Part shown: positions 42,766 through 53,148 of the stretch, piece by piece
How the letters are laid out: each line of letters begins with the position of its first letter
Position numbering within the stretch: position 1 is the first letter of the stretch
Source of the DNA: Flavobacteriales bacterium
Lineage (GTDB): Bacteria > Bacteroidota > Bacteroidia > Flavobacteriales_F > PHOS-HE28
Assembly: GCA_016717225.1 (NCBI GenBank)
Contig: JADKGB010000003.1
Location: 142,113 to 206,112, forward strand
Direction: 5' to 3'
Length of the DNA: 64,000 nt
The notes under the pieces: generated by a model
What the model was told of the DNA's origin: nothing
What the model saw: only the letters and a program-made list of their open reading frames with translations
Database searches by the model: none
Translations under genes and position numbers: made by a program

Positions 42766-43269
42766 TCACGCTTTCGAGGACTTGCCTGCGAACCACGGAT
42801 GACCGGTTTCGAACCGTTTCAACAACTCGCCAACACGTTTGCTCCGAGTGGCGGTTGTCTTTCCACTGTTGACCCAAATGCACATGCTACGCTTCATGCC
42901 AGGCTTCAGTCTATTCCAAGCTGAGGCAAACTCCGGGAAAAAATCGATCGTGCCTTTCAACTCCTCACTGAGCGGGAGTTCATTCGGTTTATCGTTCAAC
43001 CAAAGTTCGAAGCGCGCCTTCTCCCCCACATTGGTTTTCGCTCTCTTCAACAGTTCAGCACTGAGGATGATCACGTGGGATCCCTTTTTCCGCGGCATCA
43101 ATGCCCGATCGATCGGAACACCATTGATGGTGCCGTGTATTCGAACAACACCCTTCTTGCCGAACAGGTCTTCCACATCGAAAGGAAATTCAACGAACGA
43201 CCATGCTAATGGGCCTTTCATTTTCTCCACCTCAACGGCGAACCGGATCACCTTTTGCTTCGTCGCCAT
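42766..43269 (-). CDS. DUF1905 plus YdeI/OmpD-associated-family protein
   Basis: The N-terminus has WSFVEFPFDVEDLFGKKGVVRIHGTINGVPIDRALMPRKKGSHVIIL (DUF1905). The C-terminus has …EFASAWNRLKPGMKRSMCIWVNSGKTTATRSKRV (YdeI-like). Confidence 0.65.
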   Translation of the reverse strand: MATKQKVIRFAVEVEKMKGPLAWSFVEFPFDVEDLFGKKGVVRIHGTINGVPIDRALMPRKKGSHVIILSAELLKRAKTNVGEKARFELWLNDKPNELPLSEELKGTIDFFPEFASAWNRLKPGMKRSMCIWVNSGKTTATRSKRVGELLKRFETGHPWFAGKSSKA

Positions 43270-43271
43270 GA

Positions 43272-44567
43272 TCAAATAGGCTCCGCTCGCTGGTCATCCA
43301 ACATCTTGGTCAGCCGACCCGGTGAACACCACCACAGCATACCAATGAGCGCTAGCACCATGAACGACATCACCTTGTAATGTTCGTACACCGCAGCGAA
43401 TTCACCCAATAGCAAGTCGATGTTCGAGAGCAGATACACCACCACCCACAGTGCCAACCATGGCCGGATCCGCCCTTGCTCTTCTTGCCAACGCACCACG
43501 GCGAACTGTACCAACCACAACGCCGCAGGCATCGCCATGAACATGGAATAGTAGCGCTGATGCGGAAATATGAGGATCGTACACAAGAGCAAATAGCTCA
43601 GCTCCCACCAAACATGCAGCGGAGATGAAGCCTGCTTGAATGGCGGCCACTTCAAGAAGCGGAGCGAGCACGCGATGAATACGAGCCGACCTACGAGCAA
43701 CAACTTCGCGATGGTCTCCAGATCCAAGGCGATCAAGGTCCTTGGCAGATCAAGGGTGTATGGTCCGCCTCCATCTGCACTCAAGTACGCTGACAAAAGC
43801 GAACCCAGCGCGAAGAAGGAAGTTTCGTCCTCATCCAAAATATGACGGGCATCCGTCGGCCGAAGAAGTTCCCAACGTGTGTGCAGCAAGTCGGCATTGT
43901 ACTGCCAACCGATGAAGATCGCAGGCACCAATTGGATCAACGTGACAAGCGCCAGCGTGAACAATGCGGCTTTCCATTGACCTCGATACGCGAGGTATGG
44001 CAACAGCACCATCGGGATCAATTTCATGTCGATACCCAGCGCCAGCAGCAGCACGCCCAGTAGAACCTGCCTGTTGTTGATGCACCGTATCGATTCCAAA
44101 CAGAGCCAAAGCAAAAGCACCGTTACCTGCGAAGAGTTCAGGTTGTCGCGAACCGCTTGGAACAGAAAGAGCAGCGAAAAAAACAGGATCGCCGTGCGCT
44201 GGTTACTGCTCAGTTGTTTCGGCAGGTAGTCCTTGAAAATGATGTCGATGCACCGCTTGAAAAGCAACAGCGTAATGGTACCCCAGATCAATTTCGCCAG
44301 CCATGGTGGAACAAACGCGAATGGACTGACCACGACGGCGAATAGCGGGCTGTAGAAGAACGAATACCCGTCGATGAACTTCTTCAGGTAGATGTTCTCG
44401 CCCTGCCAAAGAGAGTGCGATGCAGCAACGTAAATATCCAGATCGTTGCGCCCGCTAAGCGTGCTGATCAATATGACCAACAAGCCCACTACCAGAGCGC
44501 GTGTGCCTATGAACAGCCATCGAGCCGTTGGTTCTTCGGGGATCTTCAAGGAAATGTTCACTTCCAC
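43272..44567 (-). CDS. Glycosyltransferase family 87 / DUF2029 polytopic membrane protein
   Basis: At least ten TM segments and a PMT_2-like layout. The GTG start is uncertain. The stop overlaps the downstream DUF1905 gene start. Confidence 0.55.
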   Translation of the reverse strand: MEVNISLKIPEEPTARWLFIGTRALVVGLLVILISTLSGRNDLDIYVAASHSLWQGENIYLKKFIDGYSFFYSPLFAVVVSPFAFVPPWLAKLIWGTITLLLFKRCIDIIFKDYLPKQLSSNQRTAILFFSLLFLFQAVRDNLNSSQVTVLLLWLCLESIRCINNRQVLLGVLLLALGIDMKLIPMVLLPYLAYRGQWKAALFTLALVTLIQLVPAIFIGWQYNADLLHTRWELLRPTDARHILDEDETSFFALGSLLSAYLSADGGGPYTLDLPRTLIALDLETIAKLLLVGRLVFIACSLRFLKWPPFKQASSPLHVWWELSYLLLCTILIFPHQRYYSMFMAMPAALWLVQFAVVRWQEEQGRIRPWLALWVVVYLLSNIDLLLGEFAAVYEHYKVMSFMVLALIGMLWWCSPGRLTKMLDDQRAEPI

Positions 44568-44606
44568 AAATAAACCAATGGATCCTTCTAATGACCGATC
44601 GCTATT

Positions 44607-44939
44607 TCAACCACCCGCTTTCTTCGCCTTGTAACCTGCCTGGGTTAACAGTATCAGGATCTTGTCGCGGTGATCCCCTTGGATAAGAACCACGCCGTCC
44701 TTCGCGCTTCCGCCAACGCCACACTTGCTTTTCAGCATGCGGCCAAGATCATCCAGACCCGAATCCTTTCCGATAAAACCGACAATGCGGGACACGAGTT
44801 TGTCACCACGCATACGATCCAAGTGGACCCGCAGATCCTGTTGCTGCGGCGGCAAAGTGGATGGCTCCCGTTCGGTGCCGAGGTTCTTGTTGGTACTGTA
44901 CACGAGGCCGCCAAGGCCGCTGAGGGGGCGCTTCTTCAT
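44607..44939 (-). CDS. SUI1/eIF1-family translation initiation factor
   Basis: …[32 protein letters not shown] is the SUI1 core. Confidence 0.8.
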   Translation of the reverse strand: MKKRPLSGLGGLVYSTNKNLGTEREPSTLPPQQQDLRVHLDRMRGDKLVSRIVGFIGKDSGLDDLGRMLKSKCGVGGSAKDGVVLIQGDHRDKILILLTQAGYKAKKAGG

Positions 44940-45022
44940 GAATGCAAAGGTTCACCGCAAAGACGCAAAGCACGCAAAGACCCACACGAACTTTGCGCTC
45001 TTGGCGTCTTGGCGGTGAGTTC

Positions 45023-47761
45023 TCATCTCCACCACGTGATCAACGGCCTCGTCATCTCCAACCCGAACCGCCGTGCCTCCTCCAGCTTGAACGGCCCGTG
45101 CATCTTCAGGTAGATGTCGTAGGTGATCGGCCCTTCCTGGTCGGCCTTGAAGTTGGTGTGCCAGTAGTTGTTGAGTGCGTAGAGGTAGATGGTGCTGCTG
45201 AATGCGCCTCGGTCTTCCAGGCTTTGTACCCCGGGCTTGACCCGGGGTCCGGGTTCGTGCCCTTGCCGGGGTTCACCTTGCGCTCGTCCACCATTTCGCC
45301 CACTTCCCAGATCGCGCCTTGCGGGCACACGATGGTGACGCCCATGCTGTCGTTGCTCACATCGATCCAGCGCTGGGCGCAGAAGAAGTCGTTGTTGCTG
45401 CCGGGGACATGCGCCCGCTCCCAAGGGGCTTGTCCCCGGTACGAAGGGTATCGCTGATGCCGATGCGGACGGTGGCGTTGGGGATGTTGAGAGGGAGGAG
45501 GGCAGGTGAACGGCATTCTTTGTCTTGCGGACCCGAGGCTTTCACTAACCGATATCGAACATGAAGGATCCGGATCAGTCCGGTCCCTCACATCTGCCAT
45601 GGGCGAGGTTGTTCGCCCGGGCTGCCTTGCGTCAGCCCTGCATCGGGCAGGACGGTGCGACATCCTCTGGCGGCTGCCAGAATGCCTTTGCGTCGAGTCC
45701 AGGTCTGAGTAGACTGTCAGCCGGCCGATCGATTGGTCCCGATACCGTCACATTTGGCTCAGTTTGCTCGACATACCACCCCGCACTATCCGCGAAGGCC
45801 TTCTTCACCCGCCACTGGTCAGTGGTGAAGTGCGCATCCGGATCGCTGATGCTGCACCACGCGCCCCAGGTGTGCTCGTGCCACATGACGATGCTGCGCT
45901 TGGCGCGGTAGAGCAGGTGCGGGTCGATGGGCTTGCCGAGGATCTTCGCCGCTTCGATCAGGTTGGTGAGCCGCGCACTGAGCACGCGCACATCGCCTTC
46001 CTCCTTCGCCGTGCTGTACGCGCCATCCTCCCAATAGGGCGTGAAGTCGCCGCTCCAGGTGGGGATGCTCTTGCCGTACTTCTGCTCGAACTGCTGCATC
46101 ATCGTGCCCGCGTTGGCGATGATCAAGCGCGGTGAGGCGTAGGTCTCGTTCCAGTCGCGCACGAAGTCGCTGAGGGTGCTGTCCACCGGACCGTTGTCGC
46201 TCACGATGTTGTAGCGCCATTGCACCATGTCGTAGGGATAGCCCTTCGCGGCGAGGTCGTTCATGTAGGCAGCGATCTTCCGCGTGCCGCGTTCCTTGAT
46301 CGCACCGGCCGTGTAGCCGTGCCAGCCGCCGTAGCCCTGGCCGGCCGTCCACACGAGGATGCTGTCCTTGCCGGTCGTGCCCTTCCACCAGTAGGGCTTG
46401 TCGCCTTGTTCGCGCAGGGTGCTGCCGATGCGGTCGCCGCCGTCGGGCATGTCGGGGATGTAGTTCGGCCCCTGGCTCAGGTGGCGGATGCCGTGCGCGG
46501 CGTAGGCGTCCACCATGCTCCAGCTCATGCCGGGGATGTCGGTCTGCATCGCCATGGTGATCGGCAGGTCGTACCACTTCCGCAGCGAATCGGCGTACTC
46601 CACGATCCAGTGCATCTCCTCGGGCGTGCAGAGGCCGGTGAGGATGTTCGCGTAGTTCGCGCTGAGGGCGATGCTGCCGCTCTTCACCGCCGCGATGAAG
46701 CGCTGCTTGTCCGCCTCGCTGGCGATGCCCAGGAAATTCTCCACGGCCCAAAGGCTCTCCACGTTCCACACGAAGCGGCTGCCCTCCGGATAGTCCTTCG
46801 TGCGGTCGATCAGCTCCAGCGCCTTCCAGATGTTGTTGTTCTGGATCTTCTCCACTTCGGCCTGCAGGTGGCTGTAGCCGATGTCGGTGTGGCTGTGGTG
46901 AACGAGGTGGATGTCGCGGTGGATGACGGGGTCGACCACCAGCATCGTATCCAGCAGAATCCCTTTTGCGGCCTGATGGAGTTTCGCCTTAAGCGACACG
47001 TGGAACTGGCGGTCGCTCGCAGGAATGAGAGCCTCGAACACCTGTAGGCCGTTCTGTACATCGAAGTAGTATCCCTCATTTTGCTGGTCCACGTCCAAGA
47101 TCAACTTGTCCGGGCCACCGAAGTGCATCACGGTGACCAGCAGCGGTCTTATGCTGCCATTCCTGCTCAGGAACGGCAACGCCTCCACCTCCACCTTCTC
47201 CTCGAAGGTGTACCGGAAGGTCATGAACCAGTCCGGGCTGTCCTGCGCGTGGCCCACCACCTTCAGCCGCAGCGGCTGGCCTGGCGTGATGTACTTCCTC
47301 GGCACCCGCAAATGCGCGAAGCCGTGCGCATCGCCGTGGCGGTCGGCCTTGCTGAACTCGAAGACGAGCTTGCCACCCCGTCCACCGTGTCCACCGACCA
47401 GGAACCGGGCTTCGTTGAGTGGTGCGTAGTGAAGGTGAGCGCCTTCGCATCGTTGATGTAGAGGTCGAACGAACGATCCCCTCCGCTGGTGGTGCTGTTG
47501 TGCGCCGCGATCCAACTGAAGTAGAAGTACTGGGTCGATTCCCGTTCCGAGAAGGGCACGGATGCGGTCTCCCACGCGATGGCCTTCTTCCCATCCGTGC
47601 AGCGGGTGAGCAGCGCGGTGGTGGCATGCTCCGGGTACACGCTGAAGTAGGAGAGGACCTCGCCCTCGATGTCCTTCGCGTAGCCGTTGATCACGTCCTG
47701 CTTGCCGAAGACGGGGAGGTCGACCTGGGCTCGACAGGCCCAGCAGAACAGTCAGGCGCAT
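45023..47761 (-). pseudogene. Glycoside hydrolase family 38-like (alpha-mannosidase fold) secreted protein, broken by at least 5 apparent frameshifts
   Basis: Signal peptide MRLTVLLGLSSP, then a shift to …DLPVFGKQDVINGYAKDIEGE…, then another shift. The frame of track ORF 45632..47794 holds the GH38 N-terminal motif IHLVHHSHTDIGYSH. Further 3' pieces sit in other frames: …AHVPGSNNDFFCAQRWIDVSN…IWEVGEM… and …STIYLYALNNYWHTNFKADQEGPITYDIYLKMHGPFKLEEARRFGLEMTRPLITWWR*. Confidence 0.6.
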
Positions 47762-47818
47762 GCAAAGATGGGGGAATGGGCTTTCACCGGGCAAAGCGGG
47801 GCGCTTAGCGGTGGAAAT

Positions 47819-48793
47819 TCAGAACCGGTAACGCAGCCCGAAGCCGATCACCAAGGAGCGGGTCAATCCATCGGGTCGCACTTCCCGTGTGATCAGGGGC
47901 GTGCCGAAGGTGGCTTCGATGGCCCACTGCTCCGCCAGCTTGTAGCGCAGATCAGCGGTGAGGTTGAGCGTAAGGCCTTGTGAGCCTGTGAGGGTGATGC
48001 GTTCGTTGCCCATTTCGCTCATCGTCGCTGCGTCGTTCACGCGGGTATCTTCTTGCAAGTGATAGATCCCCAGCAAACCGGGCTGCAGCGAAAGCCTTCC
48101 GCAACCGTAAGCGTATTGCACTCGGGCCACCAAGTCGTCCCCGCGATCGAGCATGTTCGATTCGAAGTAGCCGAGTATCGACGGATCGTTATTCCACGCG
48201 TAGTGTGAGAAGCCGTTCATGTTGTCGTTCACCAGCACGTGCTGGTAGGCAATGCTGGCCACATAGCGCTTGTAGCGCCAGTTGATGGCCGCCAGCAGAT
48301 CCGTGGTACCCAAGCCGGTCTGGTACGGCATGGGCAACGAGCGGGCCTGCAGCTGGGTGGAAACACCGTCCCATTCAGCATCTGTGGTTCCCGTTGGCAG
48401 CCGCACACCGAGAACACCGGTCAGGTTCCTATCCTCTTCTTTGATGAAGGCGAACGACGTGGTGATGATCGCGTCGCCAAGACCACTGTTGTTACCGAGC
48501 TTGCCACTGGTGAACACATAAGGGATCTTGAACGCGACGGAAAGCTTGGGGCCGATCCCGATGCTGATCTCCGGGTTCAGCTGCATGATAGTGGTGCTTT
48601 GCTCCCCGACCGCATAGCTGAACCCGAGACGTGCCATGTGGCGATAGTCCACCACGTCCGCTGTGCTGTCTTGCCACAAGTGGAGCTGGCCGGTTGGGCC
48701 TGCGGTACAAACACCCGCATCGCTACAGCCTTGGCCAAACAACCATTTCGGACCGAGCATAACTATTAGCAGGAACAGTGAGCGGTTGATCAT
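47819..48793 (-). CDS. Putative outer-membrane beta-barrel protein
   Basis: Signal peptide MINRSLFLLIVMLGPKWLFGQG. Alternating amphipathic strands. The C-terminus …LVIGFGLRYRF ends in Phe. Confidence 0.6.
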   Translation of the reverse strand: MINRSLFLLIVMLGPKWLFGQGCSDAGVCTAGPTGQLHLWQDSTADVVDYRHMARLGFSYAVGEQSTTIMQLNPEISIGIGPKLSVAFKIPYVFTSGKLGNNSGLGDAIITTSFAFIKEEDRNLTGVLGVRLPTGTTDAEWDGVSTQLQARSLPMPYQTGLGTTDLLAAINWRYKRYVASIAYQHVLVNDNMNGFSHYAWNNDPSILGYFESNMLDRGDDLVARVQYAYGCGRLSLQPGLLGIYHLQEDTRVNDAATMSEMGNERITLTGSQGLTLNLTADLRYKLAEQWAIEATFGTPLITREVRPDGLTRSLVIGFGLRYRF

Positions 48794-48925
48794 ACCGCAA
48801 AGTTCAGCGTTCGGTGGGGTTGAACGATCACGAGAAGATCACAGATGTGCACCATTGTCAGGAAGCCGACGAGAACCTTCGGTAATACCCGCCGCCTCTA
48901 CCTTCGCGAACCCAACTACAAACGC

Positions 48926-50131
48926 ATGCCCGGCACAGAGCTTTTCGGAGAAGAGGAGAAGAAGGAAGTGATGGACGTCCTGAATTCAGGCGTACTCTTC
49001 CGGTTCAATCACGATGCGCAGCGCCAAGGCCATTGGAAGTCGAAGGACTTCGAGAATGAGGTCGCCAAGTTCACCGGGGCCAAGCACGCACTGGCCGTAA
49101 GCAGTGGAAGCACGGCGGTGAACAGCATGCTCGCGGCCTGCGGCGTGGGCTATGGCGATGAGGTGATCGTGCCGCCCTTCACGTACATCGCGACGATCGA
49201 GGCCGTGATGCTCGCGGGTGCGCTGCCCGTGTTCGCCGAGATCGACGACACGCTGTGCATGAGCGCCGAAGGGATCCGCGCGGTGATCAGCCCGAAGACC
49301 AAGGCGATCCTGCTCGTGCACATGTGCGGTGCCGCAGCGGACCTGGACGGCATCATGGCCATCTGCAAGGAACATAACATAATGCTGATCGAAGACAGCG
49401 CACAGGCGCTCGGTGCCAGCTACAAGGGCAAGATGCTCGGCACGTACGGCCGCATGGGCAGCTTCAGCTACGACTTTTTCAAGATCAACACCTGCGGGGA
49501 AGGTGGCATCGTGATCACCGACGACCACCAGCTGTGGGACACCGCCCAGCAGTTCGCGGACCACGGCCACGACCACATCGGCAACAACCGCGGCATGGAG
49601 CAGCACCCGATCATGGGCACCAACTTCCGCATCGGCGAGATCAACGCGGCGATCGGCCTGGCGCAGACGCGGAAGCTGGCGTTCATCCTGGAAAAGCAAC
49701 GCGCGCACAAGGCCATCATCCAAGCACGACTTTCCAAGATCCCGGGTCTGCAGTTCCGCCGCCACACCGATGAGGCCGGCGACAGCGCCACCTTCTTCCA
49801 CCTCCTGATGCCGAACGAACAAGCCGCGCGCGAAACGGTGAAGCTCCTCGGCGAAGCGGGCATCGGCGTAGGCTACTGGTACGACAACATGTTCCACTAC
49901 ATCAAGCAGTGGGACCATGTGAAGAACCTCAGCATGCCCTACAAGCTGGTAGCGCACGAGCTCGGCCTGCCGCAGGACCTCAAGACGATGAAGTTCCCCA
50001 AGAGCGATGCGGTGATGAGCCGCCTGATCAGCTTCAACATCCGCGTTACGTGGACGGCGGCGGAGCTGGATGCGATGCTGGGGAAGATGGAGGGGGCGGT
50101 GAGGAAGGTGATGGAGGGGGTTGTGGTGTGA
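48926..50131 (+). CDS. DegT/DnrJ/EryC1/StrS-family PLP-dependent aminotransferase
   Basis: Begins MPGTELFGEEEKKEVMDVLNSGVLF…ALAVSSGSTA…. The PLP Lys region is SFSYDFFKINTCGEGG. Length of about 400 aa is typical for the family. Confidence 0.8.
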   Translation: MPGTELFGEEEKKEVMDVLNSGVLFRFNHDAQRQGHWKSKDFENEVAKFTGAKHALAVSSGSTAVNSMLAACGVGYGDEVIVPPFTYIATIEAVMLAGALPVFAEIDDTLCMSAEGIRAVISPKTKAILLVHMCGAAADLDGIMAICKEHNIMLIEDSAQALGASYKGKMLGTYGRMGSFSYDFFKINTCGEGGIVITDDHQLWDTAQQFADHGHDHIGNNRGMEQHPIMGTNFRIGEINAAIGLAQTRKLAFILEKQRAHKAIIQARLSKIPGLQFRRHTDEAGDSATFFHLLMPNEQAARETVKLLGEAGIGVGYWYDNMFHYIKQWDHVKNLSMPYKLVAHELGLPQDLKTMKFPKSDAVMSRLISFNIRVTWTAAELDAMLGKMEGAVRKVMEGVVV

Positions 50132-50133
50132 GT

Positions 50134-50568
50134 TCAGGCCATCGTGAATACATAGACACCCGCCGCGCACATTAGAAAGTACGGCACCAACGCCGCCGCA
50201 CCCGCATAATCCTTTGCGACGCGCTGCCCGAAGAAAAGCATGATGAGCGAGGCGGTCCCGAGCAGCATCCCCATCAGCCCCATGCCGCTTCCACGGCCCA
50301 GGTGCACCATCACGTGACCGATGGCGGATAGCGACCCTGCTGATAGCTCCATCAACGTGATCACCGGAAGGAGCAAGGGCACCGAACCCTTCAGGATGGA
50401 CTTCTGGAAGTGACCGGTCAGGAAATCCTTCTCGCCTTTCCAATTGAACACCTTGTCGAGGCCCGATTGCAGGAAGAGAATGGCCGCCATGGCACCGAAG
50501 GCCAGTTGCAACACGGTATTCGGTTGTAGGCCTTGATCGGCGAGGAAGTTCAAGACGCTGTTGTTCAT
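50134..50568 (-). CDS. DoxX-family membrane protein
   Basis: MNNSVLNFLADQGLQPNTVLQLAFGAMAAILFLQSGLDKV… has four TM helices. The track N-terminal extension is dropped. Confidence 0.7.
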   Translation of the reverse strand: MNNSVLNFLADQGLQPNTVLQLAFGAMAAILFLQSGLDKVFNWKGEKDFLTGHFQKSILKGSVPLLLPVITLMELSAGSLSAIGHVMVHLGRGSGMGLMGMLLGTASLIMLFFGQRVAKDYAGAAALVPYFLMCAAGVYVFTMA

Positions 50569-50677
50569 GATCGGTTTTCCGAGTGGTGAAGATGCGGCTT
50601 CCGCGAAGATCGCCGAACACGTTTCTTTGTGTGGATCGTCATCAGCTGATCGTCGAATTATCACATCCGCACATCGA

Positions 50678-51781
50678 ATGAACCTCTTCCGCAACTTCAA
50701 GTCCGTGACCAAGACCTGCTACGGTCGCGGTTCCTTCGGCAAGCTCGACGAGATCCTCCAGCCGCACCGTTTCCAGAATGACGGGTTCATGGTCTTCGTA
50801 GTCGATGACTACTTCGAGGACAAGGCCGACTTCGTGAAGCGCATCCCGGAGCTGGAAGGTGACGAGGTCCACTTTATCAGCGTGCTGAAGGAGCCGACCA
50901 CGGAGCTGATCGACAGGCTGCGCGACGACATCCTGAAGCGGCGCGGCCTGCCTGCCGGCATCGTGGGCATCGGTGGCGGCAGCGTGATGGACATTGCGAA
51001 AGCTACCGCGCTGATGTTCACCAACGAGGGCAGCAGCGTGCAGTACCAAGGGTTGAACCTGATCAAGAAGCCGGGCATCTACCACTGCGGCGTGCCCACG
51101 ATCAGCGGCACGGGCGCGGAGGTGAGCATGACCGCCGTGCTGACCGGTCCCGTGAAGAAGCTCGGCCTGAAGTGCGACTGGACGGTCTTCGACCAGATCG
51201 TGCTGGATCCCGATCTCATCGCCAGCGTGCCGCGCGACCAGTGGTTCTACACCGGCATGGACACCTACATCCACAGCGTGGAGGCGATCACCGGAACGAA
51301 GAAGAACACCTTCGCCGAGGCCTACAGCGAGAAGTCACTGGCGATGTGCCGCGAGGTTTTCCTGAAGCTCGATCGCAGCGACGTGAAGAGCGACGAGAAG
51401 CTGATGGTGGCCAGCTACATGGGCGGCCTCAGCCTCACCTACAGCGAGGTCGGCGTGTGCCACGCGCTGAGCTACGGCCTGGGCAAAGTGCTGGAGATCC
51501 ACCACTGCATCGCCAACTGCATCGCCTTCGACAAGCTGGAGGACGTCTATGGCGACTACGTGCAGGAGTTCAAGGGCATGGTGAAGCACTTGAAGGTGAA
51601 CATCCCGCAAGGCCTCGCGAAGGACTGGAGCGAGGAGACCATCAGCGCCATGGCCGAAGTGGCCTACAACCTGCCGCACATGTGGGACCACGCCTTCGGG
51701 CCGGATTGGCAGAAGGTGCTGGACCGGGAGCGGATCAAGGGGTGGTATCGGAGGATGTTCGGCCTCACCTGGCGCAATTGA
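50678..51781 (+). CDS. Iron-containing alcohol dehydrogenase / dehydroquinate-synthase-like superfamily oxidoreductase
   Basis: GIVGIGGGSVMDIAKATA matches the GGGSxxD dinucleotide/metal motif. A His-rich metal site is at …HALSYGLGKVLEIHHCIAN. Confidence 0.75.
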   Translation: MNLFRNFKSVTKTCYGRGSFGKLDEILQPHRFQNDGFMVFVVDDYFEDKADFVKRIPELEGDEVHFISVLKEPTTELIDRLRDDILKRRGLPAGIVGIGGGSVMDIAKATALMFTNEGSSVQYQGLNLIKKPGIYHCGVPTISGTGAEVSMTAVLTGPVKKLGLKCDWTVFDQIVLDPDLIASVPRDQWFYTGMDTYIHSVEAITGTKKNTFAEAYSEKSLAMCREVFLKLDRSDVKSDEKLMVASYMGGLSLTYSEVGVCHALSYGLGKVLEIHHCIANCIAFDKLEDVYGDYVQEFKGMVKHLKVNIPQGLAKDWSEETISAMAEVAYNLPHMWDHAFGPDWQKVLDRERIKGWYRRMFGLTWRN

Positions 51782-52449
51782 AAGGCCGCAGGTCATCATA
51801 TGGAAATCTCCTGATGGTGTGTCCAACGGCACTTCATCCTTGTCGACGCGGGGAGTGGTGATTATTATGGGTTCTGCTTGGTCATCTGGGTGTGGCTTTC
51901 GTCTCGATTGCCGCGCTGATCGGAAAAGCTGCGCCAAGTCGCTCCTGTGGCGCGCCCGACCTTGAGGGTTCCAGCAGGTGTGATCAGAAGATGGTCCCAG
52001 AATAGCTCCGTGCAATGCCGATGAAGTTGACGGCTATGAATGGCTTCGGACTTCCAAGAGCACATGCTTGAAACAACCCAAGCGATGCACTGTCACTTCA
52101 AGAACGCCCCATCCACCACCAGCAACTTCACCGGCCCCACAGTGCGCGATCGGTGCGAGCTCAATCCATCGGAAACAGCGTAGGATGAACCCGCCTTCAT
52201 TACCGTTGTTGCGCCGTCCTTCAGTTCATTGATCCCCCGGCCTCTGAGCCGGGGTCGCCTTCGAGTACGAAGACCAAGTGGCCGAGCTGGCACCAATGGT
52301 CCGCGAGGTAATTGGCGGAGTACTCGATCATCCGGATGCGGAGATCACCGTGTTGCTGGAGCTCCGCATGGTGGCGGTGCCGGTGGTTCCGTGCACAACG
52401 GTGGTTGGCACTTGTGACCAGTCGGTGATCTGGAAGGGAATGGAAAGAC

Positions 52450-52998
52450 TCATGGTTGCTCAGCGAGTTCGAGTTTCACGATACGCGGTGGATCATCCGT
52501 ACCATCGGCATAGAGGTAGGTAGCACGCGCGAACAGTCCGTCCTTCAATTGGATCGGAGGAATTCCCGCATTGTGGAAACCGGCCTGCCCCACATCCCAG
52601 TAATAGCCGAACCAGATGCTGTCACCGACATAGAAGCGTTCGTAGGTGCGGTACTCGATCTTCTTCGTGTTGGCGGTGCGCACCCGTTCCGTGCCCCAGC
52701 TTTGGATCGGGCCTTCAACCATGCGCGCTTCGCCGCTCTTGATCGCTTCCACCAGTCGCCAATGGTCCCAGCCCATCAGGCCAATGCCGAGCAGCGCGAT
52801 CACCAGGCCAAAGCCGATCAGCAGCTTGGGCGTAGTGATGCCCGAACGCTTGGGCGGCTCGATGAGCTTGCGGTCTTTTGCTCTTTGGATCAGATGCCAG
52901 ATGATGCCGAGCAGGACAATGCCACCCGATAACCACGCGACCACGACATCGAACGGGGGCTCGGTGGCAATATCGTAAGCGGTTCGGTAGCTTATCAT
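52450..52998 (-). CDS. Hypothetical membrane protein with two TM helices and a C-terminal soluble domain
   Basis: Hydrophobic segments VVVAWLSGGIVLLGIIW and LLIGFGLVIALLGIGLMGW. No recognised motif. Confidence 0.5.
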   Translation of the reverse strand: MISYRTAYDIATEPPFDVVVAWLSGGIVLLGIIWHLIQRAKDRKLIEPPKRSGITTPKLLIGFGLVIALLGIGLMGWDHWRLVEAIKSGEARMVEGPIQSWGTERVRTANTKKIEYRTYERFYVGDSIWFGYYWDVGQAGFHNAGIPPIQLKDGLFARATYLYADGTDDPPRIVKLELAEQP

Positions 52999-53148
52999 TC
53001 GATCAAAGTTTCTAGTGCGATGACCTATCCATCAAGGTCGGCGAAGTACACCACGCGGTGTCCCCGGTCGCGGTCGGAAGCCGGTGATACGAGCAGGGCG
53101 TTTGCTGTTTCCGCTGTACGTCTTTGACAAACAAGATGACAACCTGCA

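Noticed and set aside
45819-46769. A 316-aa Arg/His-rich ORF on the minus strand inside the GH38-like region, together with the plus-strand ORFs 45764..46135 and 46220..47047
   Set aside because: These are alternate-frame or antisense readings of the GH38-like gene. Their composition (R, H, G and A runs) is non-protein-like.
48986-50620. A 544-aa ORF antisense to the DegT aminotransferase gene
   Set aside because: It is Arg/Ala/His-rich low-complexity translation typical of the antisense strand of GC-rich coding DNA. It has no motifs and fully overlaps a well-supported gene.
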